DNA of 64,000 nt, from assembly GCA_965112735.1 (NCBI GenBank), contig OZ218957.1, positions 2,170,001 to 2,234,000 of the forward strand. Direction: 5' to 3'. The DNA comes from Phaeosaccion multiseriatum (Eukaryota > Protista > Ochrophyta, other classes). The notes under the pieces were generated by a model that was not told the DNA's origin, did no database searches, and saw nothing but the letters and a program-made list of their open reading frames with translations. A program made the translations under genes and the position numbers. The number at the start of each line of letters is the position of its first letter. Positions within the stretch are counted from its first letter, which is position 1. Below, one piece after another: positions 34,324 through 47,309 of this stretch.

Positions 34324-35182
34324 ATGGCGTCTGTGGATGGAAGGCGCAGGAGCGGCGGAGAAAGTGATGACAGCAGCCGAGGCAGCGTGGCGAGCAGCAG
34401 CAGGAAGAGGAGAATGATGCTCACCAGTGACGAGGTGACCAAGCCGTTCACTCCGCCGCCTTCGCCTTACGAAATGCACCTTGCGCAAATCCGCATGAAA
34501 CAGGACCACAATCTGCTGCACACCGTCTTCACTGGAGTGGTAAGCGTGAGGATGCTTGCAGAGAACAGGAGGGGAGAGGGGGCAGGTGGCGCAGATAGGA
34601 GCGGATGGGTTGGGTTGGGTTGATGGGAGGCTCGTCCACAACATGTGATCACTGACCTCGGTAGTGTGTTTGCTTCACTTCCCCCCCCCCCAACCCCTCT
34701 CCCCACCCCTTTAGAGTGGCACCGCCCCTTCCAACGCCTTCTCAGACCCTCGCATGCGGGGCCTCTTGGACCGCACCGCCTGGAGGGGAGAGCCCTTCGC
34801 AGGCTCCAGCAGGGACGTGGCGTTTTACGAGTCTCACTTAGCAGAGGTGGAGGCGGAGACAGCCGCGAGGGCAGCCAAGCTCGCAGCCCAGCACAAGCGA
34901 CAGTCCTCCTTCCGCAAGACGGCAAAGCACTGCATCTCGCGGATCAAGAAGGCGGCCACTCGAGATGACGCCATGGTGGTGGCAGACGCTGCTCTGCGCA
35001 AGTTGCTGCATCTGCACGGCTCTGCGCTCAAGATTGCACCTCCTGCTCCTACTGCTGCTGGTGGTACTGCTGGAAAGGCACCAGCACCAGCACGGTCACA
35101 AGCAGAGCGTGGAGTGTCTGCGAAACGGCGTGGTGATGAGAAGGGCGGCATGCAGAAAAAGAGGAACATCGCGGAAGGCTAA
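34324..35182 (+). CDS. Hypothetical protein, two exons
   Basis: MASVDGRRRS...HTVFTGV|GTAAGC intron ...TTTAG| then open frame to TAA at 35180-35182. Confidence 0.55.
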
Positions 35183-35627
35183 GCGGCCTCCCCTCACCTC
35201 AGGAGTGTACATACTTTCAGCAGTAAGATAGCAGTAGCAGTAGCAGTAGCAGTAGCAACAGCAGCACCAGCTGCGCCAGTAACCGAGGAGACCAAGCACG
35301 CTTTCGTAGCTTGGGCAGTTGCCAGGCTGGAGGTGCAGGGCAGCAACAGTGATCGTCTACGGACCTCTAGACCCTTCACTGGCGACGGCGGTCACGTACA
35401 CCGACACAGAGGGCACACTTATGTATATATGCCTATTCCTTTTATTACTGTGGCCAGCTGTCCTTCACCGAGTTTCTGTTCTTCCAAGAGGAAGAAAGGG
35501 GTACGACATGACTGCTTCCTTCACATCACCCTCCATCCCTCCCAGTCAATCGGTCTCGCATTCGCTCTCGCACCTCGTCCGCGATAAGGACACCTGCCTG
35601 CACACGCGCCTGCTCCTCCCCCCCTCC

Positions 35628-35668
<41 letters not shown>

Positions 35669-35860
35669 TCCTTCTCTCGCGCCTCTTGTCTTGTTCGTGC
35701 CATCTGAGCCGTCCTGCTGCTACTCGTCCCAAGAACGAAAAAGGAAGGGCCTCAAGGGCCACATTTTACTCGGACACTTCACTTGGCGAGGCCGCCCGCC
35801 GATGGACATGCCGCCACCGCCGCCGCTGCTGCTGCTCCTGCTTCTGCTGCTGATGCTCCG

Positions 35861-35895
<35 letters not shown>

Positions 35896-36493
35896 TGGGG
35901 CCTAGGTGTCACTCTCAGGGCACCCCCACACATACTGTACCACCTTGCTATGCCTGACGATTTGTACACGGAGGGATGCTTCATGTGAAGCAGGCCAGTT
36001 GCGTGAACCAAGAGCTGCGGAGTCGTCTGGACACACTCAAGTGCGTAGGTGCGACCCACAGCATGAGGCAAAGATGAGGCCAGCACGAGGTCAACAGGAG
36101 GTGCTCTGTAGACAGCACAGTCCTCCCTCCTTCCTTCTTGCTTGGCCTCTGTGCTTCCCTCCCTTCTGGTGGGTGGGTGGTGTAGACAAAGTGAACACAA
36201 CAGAACACCACACGTGTACCAATGGCGGCGCTGCTCCCTCGCGTGGAATTACCTTCACAGCAAAGCAGCAGCGCACTGTCACACTCCTATTGAGACGGAC
36301 AAGAGGGCTCCAGCACTCCGCTCAGGTGGGCCTGGCTCGCATCGAATAAAGAGCGGTCAGAAGCAGATCCAAGAATGGGGCTGGGATGGGGTCCCCCCCC
36401 CCCCAAGGCGAGGAAGGAGAGTCCACTCACTCGACTCAGAGAAGCATGGCTCTGCTCCACTTGACTTGTACCGTCCCAGTATAAGCCGCTTAC

Positions 36494-38068
36494 TCATTCC
36501 CCACTACTGCTTTCCCCCATGACGGGCGTGGATGCCGCAACTGCTGCCTGGGAAAACTGCTCCTGTTGGTGCTGGTGCTGGTGCTGGTGCTGCTCTGGTG
36601 ACTGAGGCTTTCGCTCGGCGACTTGAACAATGTCGGTACTCCCCTCTCGAGCGAGAAGATAGCGAAAGGCGAAGGGGGCCAGCAGAGAAGACAGCAACGC
36701 CCCCCAGATGGCAGCTGAGTAGTCCGTGGCCTCCAAAATACCCTCCTCGAAGCCCTCCTCCGCAATGAGGAAAGAGAACTCCCCCCTCCCGTTCATGGCC
36801 CAGCCAAGCTTGAAGAAGTTGTGCACAGTAAGCGGGACCGCAAAGGCCCCAACGCAGAGCTTACCCAGCACTGCCAGCACGGCAAGCATTGCCCCTCTCT
36901 TCAAGCTTGTAACGGCAAAAAGCCCCCCCGGGCTGTCGAGCGGTGGCACACTGAACCCAATCGTCGCCGCGAAGAAGAGACGAAGCCCCCCCCACTGCAC
37001 AAATACCTTCATCTGTCTGTCCCACCCCTTCTTCACCCCGGGAATGGACGAGAAAGAGAGACCGCCGAAGAAACACCCAAGGAGGTCTGAACTCCCCACA
37101 AAGCTGGAGAGCCATGCAAAGAGAATGGAGGTGGCGAGCACCATAAAAAGCAGAACTCGGTCACCTATCCGAAGACGGCCTCCTACTTCCTTCGCCTCCG
37201 CCTCCACCACATCCTCTTCCTCCTCCATGTCTCTGTCCTGCCCCCCCTGCCTCCCGTGCTGCTGCTCGATATCGAGGGAGCGCCGCTGGCCTTCTTCTTC
37301 GTCCTGTACCACCCTCTCCCGCCGAGTAGGTCTACCCAACCCACCACCACCACCAGCAGCAGCAGCAGCGACAGCAGCAGCTGATTGCTTTCTCGGCGAC
37401 GCGGCCGGTGAAACAGTCTTCCTCCCCTCGAGTTGCTCCAGCCACGTATGCAGGCTGCCGCTACGCTTGGCAATGGCAGCGGTGAGACATGCCCCCACCA
37501 CCAGTGTACCAAAGGATGCAAAGGCAGGGACGGCAAAGTCGAGCCACCCCGGATTGTCCTTCCCCAGCGCTTGGACCTCACTCAGCAGTAGTAGACTGAG
37601 CACGTCATCCACCACCGCCGCTGTACAAATGAGCTGTCCTAGGGGTGTGGTCAGCTGGGCGCCCTTGAGCAACGTCGCGCTGAAGCCAAGGCTGGTAGGC
37701 GCCAGGGCGGCACCGATAGCCAAGGCAGTGTCCAGCCCTTGCCCCAGGATAAGGTAGTAAAAAAAAATGGAAAGTAGCACGGGGCAAATCACCCCCGTCA
37801 GCGCGGCCAAGAAGGCTCTCCCGAACAGCTTTTGAACCTCGAACACATCGACAGAAAGGCCCGAGTCAATCACCAGCAGCATCACCCCGAGCTTCCCAAT
37901 GAGTCTCCAGCTATCTGGGTAAGGCACAATGTCGGCCAAAGCTGGTCCGAGAAGGATGCCCACCACCAAGGTGCCGATGATTGGCGAGATTGAAAGCACC
38001 GATTTTGCAGTTGCATCCGCCACCCACACGCACGCCAGGAAGGCAATAGTCTCTACTTCACCTCCCAT
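36494..38068 (-). CDS. Cation/H+ antiporter, CPA2 family, intronless
   Basis: Many transmembrane helices; IVGILLGP-like motif, GAALAPTS, AAVVDDVLSLLLL, LGKL, GWAMNGRGEFSFLIA. Start may be the upstream ATG at 38230. Confidence 0.93.
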   Translation of the reverse strand: MGGEVETIAFLACVWVADATAKSVLSISPIIGTLVVGILLGPALADIVPYPDSWRLIGKLGVMLLVIDSGLSVDVFEVQKLFGRAFLAALTGVICPVLLSIFFYYLILGQGLDTALAIGAALAPTSLGFSATLLKGAQLTTPLGQLICTAAVVDDVLSLLLLSEVQALGKDNPGWLDFAVPAFASFGTLVVGACLTAAIAKRSGSLHTWLEQLEGRKTVSPAASPRKQSAAAVAAAAAGGGGGLGRPTRRERVVQDEEEGQRRSLDIEQQHGRQGGQDRDMEEEEDVVEAEAKEVGGRLRIGDRVLLFMVLATSILFAWLSSFVGSSDLLGCFFGGLSFSSIPGVKKGWDRQMKVFVQWGGLRLFFAATIGFSVPPLDSPGGLFAVTSLKRGAMLAVLAVLGKLCVGAFAVPLTVHNFFKLGWAMNGRGEFSFLIAEEGFEEGILEATDYSAAIWGALLSSLLAPFAFRYLLAREGSTDIVQVAERKPQSPEQHQHQHQHQQEQFSQAAVAASTPVMGESSSGE

Positions 38069-38341
38069 ACCAGAGGCGTACAATCGTAATCGGAGAAGAT
38101 GAGGTGTTGGTGATTCAGAAACTCCTGTGAGTTCATAGGTCCCTCTTGGCTGCGAGCCGAGTGCCCCCCGAGCGGCCAGCCGACGCGAAAAACAGCAACG
38201 CAATAAACAACAAACAACAAGACGAGGCATATTGCTCGTAAAGCTTTATCACTCTCCAGTTCATACTTACATGCTTCATACTATGGGGCTATGAGGGCTG
38301 CGGATTGCGGCGCCTTCCCTTCCCCCCCACTGGTTGGAGTA

Positions 38342-38513
38342 TCGGCCCCTGACATGGTTCTGAGGCGAGACCCTGGTTCCTGGTTCTGCCCGGCGCCAGC
38401 CGGCCAGGCAGGTTCCAGGTTCTGGGGGAAAGCCATGTAATAAGGCAATGATGAGGGCCAAGGTTGGTTCCTGCTTTTGGGCTGGCCTGTCTCAGAACCA
38501 TGTCAGGGGCCGA
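38342..38513. mobile_element. MITE-like element 2 (172 bp, 23-bp perfect terminal inverted repeats)
   Basis: TCGGCCCCTGACATGGTTCTGAG at the left end and CTCAGAACCATGTCAGGGGCCGA at the right end; interior has same-orientation GGTTC(C/T) repeats. Confidence 0.75.
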
Positions 38514-38885
38514 AGGAATACTCTGCTCTTCCTCCACGACAGCGCGTTATCAAATTGCACAGTCAAAAGCGGAGAGCATGCGCTCCGGAGCGTGGACGGT
38601 AGCGCGCCCTTCTTTCAAATCCAAGGCACCCGTCAAGAGCCGATAGCGTGCCGGCGGACGCTGGGAATAGCGACAGCTCAACAGCGCCTCGCTCAGGAGT
38701 CGATGTCCCATGTGCACACACAGCTCGGCTACCCGGCTCGCTTCCTCCCAAGGGAGGGCTGACTGACATTGCTGCGACATTTGGCCGGGATACTGGGCAA
38801 TCTGCCATCCAGTGAGCTGCGTGAGCACAAGGCGGCAAGGCAAGTCTGGAGGGGCGGGGGCGTGCGTGCATACGAGAAGCTGTGC

Positions 38886-39872
38886 TCAAAGATAAACGGA
38901 GCACTTCTCGGCGCAGCAAGGGTTGGTACATGCGCTCTCCTCGCCCGCTGCAAAGTACTTGTCCACCATTGCCTGCCTCTCTTCCGATAAGACCATTGCC
39001 GGAAGCACTTCGGTCGCGGCGTTCTCGGTCTCGTTGCCACCACCAACAGTCCTCTCCTCGAGGCCCTGGGCAAACTCGTACAGTGCATCGTCCAGCGCCG
39101 TCATGAGCGGGTCCCACTCCTGCTTCTGCTCCTCCTCGTGGGGCTTTCGCGCCTTGTTCACGTGTATTTTGGGGCGTTTCTTCCAACCCACCTTGTCACA
39201 AAACTTCTCGAGACTTGCCTCCATTGCTTCCAAGAAGAGAATCGAGTCGAACGATTGAATTCGATCCAAGGTGTACTGCCAGTCTTCCGGAGAGAGCTGA
39301 TGCTTGGGCCTTGCCATGCACCGGGTCCCACACAGCTGGCGGACGTTCCAATTGTCAGGCTGCTTGCCCCACCAACTGCTGAATGTGCCTGTTTTAGCGG
39401 CTCCCACAATGGACCTGACGTGACCATAGTGCGACATGTACCGATTGCGGCTGTTCCTCAAGGTTACAACATAAAAGTAGTGTTCTAGATCCATGGCCTC
39501 ATACATTTGTTTCTCGACGGCCACAAAGTTGAGACGCGTGGTTTCGGCGAACCGAGTCTGCGCTTCCATTGTGTCTTCGTCCCCGCAGCACCGCTGGTCT
39601 TTCTGCACATTGCAGTTGTGACCCTTCGTGGTTCGCATGCCATTCCGCATCGCGATAGTGCACATGGTACTTCCCCCGGACTTGTGGATGTGCAAAAAGA
39701 ATATGATGCGCTTGTCCGCGCCGTCCAGCCGCCGCGGTCTCTTCTTCCCCATCATCATTCTCGCCAGATCTTCTTCCGCAGCTGCCTCGGCATTTGCTTG
39801 CTGTGCAGTGGCTATGAAAGCAGTCATGGCAAGCACCACACTACACACCGCGAAGCCCCTACAGTATCTCAT
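38886..39872 (-). CDS. Golgi-type (carbohydrate) sulfotransferase, single exon
   Basis: Signal/anchor; 5'-PSB motif FFLHIHKSGGST; 3'-PB motif YVVTLRNSRNRYMSHY; C-terminal LDDALYEFA. Confidence 0.88.
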   Translation of the reverse strand: MRYCRGFAVCSVVLAMTAFIATAQQANAEAAAEEDLARMMMGKKRPRRLDGADKRIIFFLHIHKSGGSTMCTIAMRNGMRTTKGHNCNVQKDQRCCGDEDTMEAQTRFAETTRLNFVAVEKQMYEAMDLEHYFYVVTLRNSRNRYMSHYGHVRSIVGAAKTGTFSSWWGKQPDNWNVRQLCGTRCMARPKHQLSPEDWQYTLDRIQSFDSILFLEAMEASLEKFCDKVGWKKRPKIHVNKARKPHEEEQKQEWDPLMTALDDALYEFAQGLEERTVGGGNETENAATEVLPAMVLSEERQAMVDKYFAAGEESACTNPCCAEKCSVYL

Positions 39873-40208
39873 CCCTGAGCCAGTCCTACCCTACCCCTAG
39901 AAATTGAAGAATCATGGACAGGGGGCTCAGCCCCTCGATCCCTACCACAATAGCTGAAGGGAAAAGTTAGGATGGTTTAGAAGGGGGAGAAAGAAGCCGG
40001 AGGAGGGCGTTGCGTTGTCTAAGAGCATTGGAGTGTTGGTGATTCAAGCGTCGGAATCTGAAATCTGTTGCAAACTGACTTCGCGCCAAACGCACACCAC
40101 ACGCTCGGGGCACTCTTTTTTTTTGTTATTTCGTACTACTACTGCGACGCTCAACTAGTTCCAAGTGTCAACTTGCAGTAAGAAATAAGCTGCTCGCCGA
40201 CGCATGCA

Positions 40209-40694
40209 TCAGTAGGGCGAGTAGTTATACCCGCCTCTGTAGCCGCCGCCCCTGTAACCCCCACCCCGCCCCCTGTAACCGCCGCCGCCCCCCCGGTATC
40301 CACCACCTCCTCTGTAACCCCCCCCCCCACGGTAGCTCCCTCCGCCCCTGCCCCTGCCCCTCCCTCTCCCGCGGCCCCGTGGAGCGGGTACGTGGTTCCT
40401 CTTGGGCGACACCTTCAGCTGCCTTCCCTTGAACATGGAGTCATTCATGTTGATGGCGTTGGCGGCCCCCTCCTTGTCCACGAACTCAATATATGCGTAC
40501 CTTCAGAGGACGAGGAGAGGAGGAGGAGAGGGGAGAGAACAGGGAGGGGTGGGGAGGAGGGGGGAGGGCGAGGTCAGCAGGGCTGTGGAAGCGGGCGAGT
40601 GGGAGCTGTGGCGATGAGACAAAATGGTTGCAAGGATGTGAGCACCAAGAGCGCGAAGCCAAAGGCCTGCGACATTCTAGATCCAGCAGATGGG

Positions 40695-40737
<43 letters not shown>

Positions 40738-42042
40738 CTCTCTCTCTCTCTCTCTCTCTCCCCCGTACGACAACATAACCCAAACACCTGGGTCCAGCCC
40801 TCTCCAAGAGCCAGCCAATTAGCACAAAAGCAACACACGTACGCAACACGTACCCCTTGGGCTGGCCCGTGAACTTGTCGCAGATAATGGTGACCCTGTG
40901 GATGGTCCCACACGCCCCCTCGAAGTGAGCCTTGAGCTCCTCGGGGGTGGCTTCGTACTGGTGGACGGGGGAGGAGCAGGAGGATGGATAAATGGCAGTC
41001 AATGGGGAGAAGCAGAAGCAGGAATAGGAGGAGGATTAGCAAAGGTGAGCAAGGCGGTGGTGAGTGAGGAGAAGTACGACCTGTGGGGTGAGACGGTACA
41101 CTGCCCAGCCTAGCCCGCCCATTTCAAACTCCAACCCTAAACAAAGCAGAAGTTCTGCCTGAGACACAAGGATGGTTCACGCATCAGACTCGGCGAGGGA
41201 CGGAGCGGCGAAGCTTATGGAGACAGAACAAGGCACAGTGGAGAGTGGTGCTGCGCCAGGTTTACTGATGCTGAAGGAAGACTTACCTCGACTTGCCCTA
41301 CATACACGCTATTCTCGTCCACGGAAGGGTCTCCCCCTCCTGCTGCACCCTGCAACATACACGGAGAGTTGAGTGGGCGAGGAACGAGTCAAGAAGAGCA
41401 TGGGCGGGTGAGTGAGTCAGTGAGCAAGAAGCAGAAACAGGGGAGGGTGTGGCGGAGGTCCCGTGCGGCAAAGCTCCGCAGTCTGCGGACCTCGTCCACC
41501 CGCATGTGTAAAGGGGGGTACAGGCTTTTCTATGAGCCGACACGGAGACGAACCACATTGCTCAGTCGAGAGAAGATATGGGACAGAAGCCCAAGTAGGG
41601 AGGGACAGTGAGGGAAAGAGACAGCCTTTGCAAGGGAACGTAAGGCAAGACTGACTGTACGCTCCTTGCCCCAACGTCAACTCATATACCTCCCTCATTC
41701 TTCCCCTCTCTATCTACTTATCTACCACTTCGTTTCTAGCACACGTGCAGAGCCAGACAGCGACACACGACTCACCGTTGTTGCAATGCTATTCATTTGC
41801 CGCTCCACATCCTTCTGCATCGCGGCCATCTTCTTCTCCTCCTCCGCGTCCTCCTCGGACATCTCCTTGAGGCGCTTCTTCATTGCCTCAATCTCGGTGT
41901 CCACGTTGTCCCCAGCCGCGCCCTCCACACCCTCCGACCCAGCAGGCGCCTCCGGCGCTGGGCCTTCATCCGCCTTCGCCTCCCCCGCCCCCGCTGCTGC
42001 CTCCGTCGCCGCCATCTGCTCTTCCTTCCCTACATCCGCCAT
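40209..42042 (-). CDS. PABPN1: Nuclear poly(A)-binding protein 2
   Basis: Coiled coil [15 protein letters not shown]; RRM across exons [11 protein letters not shown]|[12 protein letters not shown]...[15 protein letters not shown]|YAYIEF...[12 protein letters not shown]; RGG tail ending YSPY. Confidence 0.95.
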
Positions 42043-42727
42043 TGCCTCCCGCCTCCGCCCCTGGATTTCAGCCCTCTCGACTCTCCGCGTCACAATCCGT
42101 CAGTGATACGCCTGTTGCTTTGTCGTATGCCTTGTCCACCGCTGCTCCCGCGCGTCCGGCTGCTGCTCCTCTCCTTTCCTGTGGAATGACTTACCTCTTT
42201 CGAAGACAGCAGCTCGTAGCACTCCACCCGCCGCTATGCAACAAAAGATGTTCTATTTCCCTCGCTCTCTGCTCTCTCTGCTCTCTCTCTTACGCGGATT
42301 TGGGGGGAGAGGCCAATTTTGCCCCCCTGGGTTTCCCATGGTTGCGACAGGCTGAAGAGAGCGCCTTGCTTGGGTACACGGAGCCGGGGCGATAGGCCGG
42401 CGATCGGACAGCCAGATAGAGACCAGGTGAGACGCGGCTGAAAGGCGTGCCGCTGATATTATGCTGCTTGCCTTGCAGCGCAGCTTGGGCAAGGGGATAT
42501 CAAAAGGGGGGCCTGTTGATATTTTGCTCTCATCCTCTCTGCCTTGCCTCCTCTCTTCCCTCGCCTCCTTACGTCATCCTGCCGTGTCGGAGGAGGAGTA
42601 TGACCTCGACCCTCAAGGCTCTGACACTTCTTCTCTGCGCTCACGATGCGTGAACAGCCCTAACCATGTCTTTTTGTCTTCCCTCCCTAGGGACTAGGCC
42701 AGGCCAGGGCGAGGCTCCTCGGGTGAG

Positions 42728-43078
42728 ATGTCCCAGGAAGCTCACACTTACTTCAATACTGGCCAGTACGAGCGAGCGCTGGATCTGGTGGAGAAGCTTA
42801 GCCAGAGCTCTTCCGGGAATGGCGGTGGCAATGGCAATAGCAGGGCTGGGGGGGGTGGGGGAGGTGGTGGGGCAGCAGCCAACACCGACCTGCGAGGAGA
42901 GCACAACCGCGTGTTGGCCAAGGCAGGCATGATTGGCTTCGGCAAGCCACATGAGATGGCCGGGCGCCTGGCAGCCATCAAGCAGGAGATGCGGAAGAGG
43001 GCTTTGGGGGCGGCGGCGGCGGCAGGAGAAGGAGGTGGCGAGGGAGACGATAAGTCGTCCGCAAAGGCGGGGAAAGGC

Positions 43079-43111
<33 letters not shown>

Positions 43112-46100
43112 AGCGACCCAAGTAACGGCATGAGTAACGGCAACGGTACCAAGGCCGGTGGGGGGGGTCTGTTGTCCCCAGCCGCTGCGGCGGAGGGGCT
43201 GGCAGACTTGGACGCGGATGCTGCGGTGCTGCTCTACAACCTGGCCGCGTATTGCTTCGGCTGCAAGCAATACGGTGCCGCTCGGGCCATTCTCGAGCAC
43301 CTCTTTCTTCATATTGAGCCCTTGGAGGAGCCGCTGGCGGTGAGCGGCAATGACCATTTCTCTCTCTCCCATACTCTCTCTGTATCTCCCTCTGAGTGTG
43401 TCTTGTCTTTCTGCGTGTGTACGTGTGACTGAACTCTCCATCTGAAGATCCGTTGCTCTCCACTCTGAAAGCGCGCCGAAGCTATGAACGCTCCTCCCAG
43501 GCCTTTCCCGTGACGCCCTGGCCTCTGCTGTCTTCTGCTGTCGCTGCTGTTGTCAACCCCCCCTCACCGACCCCTTCATCCGTCTATCTCCACGTCATCT
43601 GCTCACCTTCGCCCCTCTGCCCCTCTCACCGCACTCTTCACGCCTTGATTCCATAAGGTCCATATCTGCTTTTTGCTCTTGGACGTGCTCTTCCACTCCG
43701 CGAGGGGAGCTCTCCACAGCGAAGAGGATAAGAAGCACTTCGACTTGCAGTCAGAGGTCGTTCTTAAGTTCCTGGAGAAGCCACACGCTCTCAACGGAGC
43801 CACGACGGCGGCGGGCGGGGGCGATAGCGACGGAAAGGGTGGAGGAGGAGGAGGGGGGGGAGGTGGAGGGGGAGGGGCGGAGGATGGAGAGGAGAACACT
43901 GATCAAGTAGAATTCGCCTTTCGACTGCATCTGTACAAAAGTAAAAAGTTATTATTGCTGGAGCAGGTCAAGAGCGTAAAGAAGGAGATTAAGGGAGCCC
44001 TGGAGATCTTCCAACGCCAGCGGGGGGGCACGGACGCGAGCAGCGGTGGTGGCGGCGGCGGAGGAGGAGGAGGGGGTGGTGCAGACTCTAGCGGCAAAGG
44101 AGGAGGAGGAGGAGGAGGAGGAGGAGGAGGAGGAGGGGCCTCAGCTTCTGCCACCGCTGCTGCCACGGGTGCTCTGTCTCCCCTGCCGGCCCCTGGGGTG
44201 CAGAACATGACGGCACTGTATCTCAAGGCCAACTTTGAGTACATGCGGGAGAACCATCGGAAGGCCCTCAAGCTGCTGGCATCATGCCACGGTGAGGCTG
44301 TGTGTGTATGTATGTGTGTGCGCGCGTGTGTGTAGGCGTGTGGGCATTTACGTTTGTGTTGCTGTGCTGCTGCTCTCTCCCCAATCCTTGTTCTTCTTGT
44401 TCTCCTTCTCCTCCTTCAGGCTTGGGGGGCAGCGATGAGTACTCTGGACCAGGAGAGCCTGTGGGACCCATGTTCTTCAACAACATGGGCTGTCTGCACT
44501 ATAAGCTAGGTCGCTACCACGTGGCGCTGCACTACTACAAGAAGTAAGTGCTTGCTGCGGGCGGTACTGGGCAAGTGGGCGGAGGAGGAGAAGGAGGAGG
44601 TCGAGGACGAGGAGGAGGAAGAGGGGGAGAGGTAGGGTATAGGGTAGGGAGGCGTGGGGGTTGGTGGAGGAAGGATGTGTGGGGAAGAAAGCGCCCCTCC
44701 CAGTCGCATTCGAGTGTGCCCTTTGTGTATCTTCTACCTCCTTCTATCGTGTTTGTTCATTGGTGGAAATGGACCTGATAGCTGTACTCCTTGCATTCGC
44801 GTAAGAGGCCTAATCAGTTGTGTGTTGGTTTTGATGTCTCCCTTCCTTCTTCCCTTCGCCCACCTTCCCCCCCGGCACAGAGCGCTAGAGTCGATTGAGA
44901 GTGGTGTGCTCGACGGTGAGGCAGTGTCCCTGGGACGGGTAGGCTCGGAGCCTTCTTGCGAGGTACTGTACAACACGGGCCTACAGCTGCTCCTTACGGG
45001 CAAGCCACGAGAGGCCCTCAAGTGCTTTGAGATGGCGGCAAAGCTCTTTTCGGCCAGGCCGCACGTATGGCTGCGGATGGCGGAGTGTTGTATAGCTGTC
45101 CATCGGCAACGGCTGGCAGAGGCAGAAGAGGCAGGAGCAGGGGTAGGCGGGGCAGCGGAGACAGGAGGAGCGGGGGCCAGCAGCAGCAGTGCCGGCAGTA
45201 GCAGCCGAAGGAATCACTTGATACGCGCGTCAGTAGGTAGCGGGGCACGGCGAAGAGTGGTCGTGGCGGTGGATGCTAATCACGGAGAGGAGGTAGAAGT
45301 AGCAGCAAGAGGAGGAGGAGGCGAGGCAGCGAAAGGGTCAGCAGGAGGAGGGGCGGCGAGCGGCGGAGTCAAAAGCGACGCAGCAAGCAGAGACGCCTGC
45401 TGCTCCATGGCATATGCGAGCCGCTGTTTGCACAATGTGCTTTACCTCTGCGCCAGAGGGGCGAGAACAAGCCGAGACAGGGAGGGAAGGAGCGGCAGCA
45501 AGTTAGGCTACTCCCCTCGACTCACTGCGAAGCACCTCAACTCTTCCCGGAAGGATGCAGCAGCAGCGGCGGCAGGCGGAGGAGGAGGCGGAGACAGCGG
45601 TGGTGGTGGGGGGGACGGGGGCGGCAACGCGGGTGGAGTGGAAGGCGGTGATAGCAGTGGTGCAGGCAGCGGACCGGACGACGGAAGCGATATTGAGGTG
45701 TGCCAGGCGGCCTTGTTGGATCTTTCGTATGTGCACTTGCATTTGCAGGACCCCGTGTTGGCCCTGGACTATGCCACCCGACTCTTAGCAGCTGCGAATG
45801 TGGTGAGTGGAAGCATTGAGCGCTCTGATGGTGCTGCCCTCCGGTCCAAAGGAGGAGGGGATTTGTTGTTCTGCCCCAACTCGTGTGCTCTCACATCACA
45901 GCTTCAGAACGTCTCCATGTGCTGTTGTTTACCCCCCTGGGGATGCTTCCCTTATCTCAATCCTCTCTCCGTTCTCCGCTGCCTCTCTGACCTGACCCCG
46001 GACCCGGCCCCTGACTCCTTGACTCTTCCCCACCGCCGTCGTCTTGTCCTTCACTTGTCTTTCACCACAGTCCGAGGTTCGTCGCCATGTAGCGCATGTG

Positions 46101-46592
46101 TACGCGGCAGAGTGTCTGTGCGACTTGGGCCGCCCCGCAGAGGCTTTGGCGCACCTCGCTCCCAACGGGCAAATGCTCAAGGAGGAGACGGCGGCGGAGG
46201 CGGCGATGGCAGCAGCGGCCCCCACCGCTGCGCATTGTCTTTCTTCCTCGAGAGACGAAGGAGGAGGGTTGACCAGCAACAATGCCACCACCGCCAACAC
46301 CACGTCTGCCACTTCCTCCTCCAGCTCCAACACCACTAGCAGCAGCAGCAGCAGCAGCAGTGATATGGGGGCGCGTGCCCGGAGCAGCCTTCATGTGAAT
46401 CTCGCCACAGTCTACGCTCAGCAGGGGGCTCAGGGGCTGCCAGCGGCGGAGAAGTGTCTGCAGACGGCCTTGCGCATCTGCCCCACCAATGCGGACGTGC
46501 AGCGCATGTATGTGTACGTGCTGCTGAGGGGGGGTAAGACGGCCTTGGCGTTGCAGGTACTCAAGGAGGGCAGGCTGAGTGCCAGGGGCTGA
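42728..46592 (+). CDS. CNOT10: CCR4-NOT complex subunit 10, multi-exon; start uncertain
   Basis: LFLHIEPLEE; LYLKANFEYMRENHRKALKLL; FFNNMGCLH; EVLYNTGLQLLLTGKPREALKCF...PHVWLRMAECCIA; HVYAAECL; SLHVNLA. Confidence 0.92.
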
Positions 46593-47309
46593 GGCTTGAG
46601 GTTTAGCGGCAGCAGCAGCAGTTGGTGATACCGTAGCAGCAGCAGCAGCAGAGGAGGTGGAGGAAGACGAACCGCAACGCCTTCCCCAGAGGAGATGGAG
46701 GAAGAAGAGGAGGGGGAGGGAGAGGGGGAAGAGGAGCAGGAGGAGAAGGATGGCAAGAGTGTGAGAGGGAGGAGCCCAGTGCGACTGACAGTGTGGCCAG
46801 ACACGCAGGTAGAGAACCTCTTGTGTGGGTACACGTGGTCGACGGCGAGAGCTCTGGCTCTTGCTGCTGCTGTATCACCACTGCTCTTGCCGCTGCTGTA
46901 TCACCAACTGCTCTGCTCCTGCTGCGACGTTGCGTGCGATGGTTGACGGTGGAGAGACGTGTCTTTTTCGCAAAGAGGTGAGGGAAGGCAGTGAGCCCGG
47001 CCGGGTACCGAGAGTGAATAGAGTCATATGGGGTGCGACACAAACATGCAGACTGGCAGAGGCACGTCGGCAGGATTATGGGCAGACTACTGCTGTCTGC
47101 GGCACCCGACAAGGGCAGAAGACAGCATATTAATGACACTGCTTTTTAAGTTTTTTTTTGTCACCCGGTACTCGGGATCACGGGGCCGACACTGAACGAC
47201 CAACTTTCCCCTCTTCCTCTCTCTCGCTAAACGCTAAACGGACAGCTATCGTACGGCAGCAATACCCTATTTGATTTTTCGATTTTGATGGGACCTCTCG
47301 TGTTGGGGC

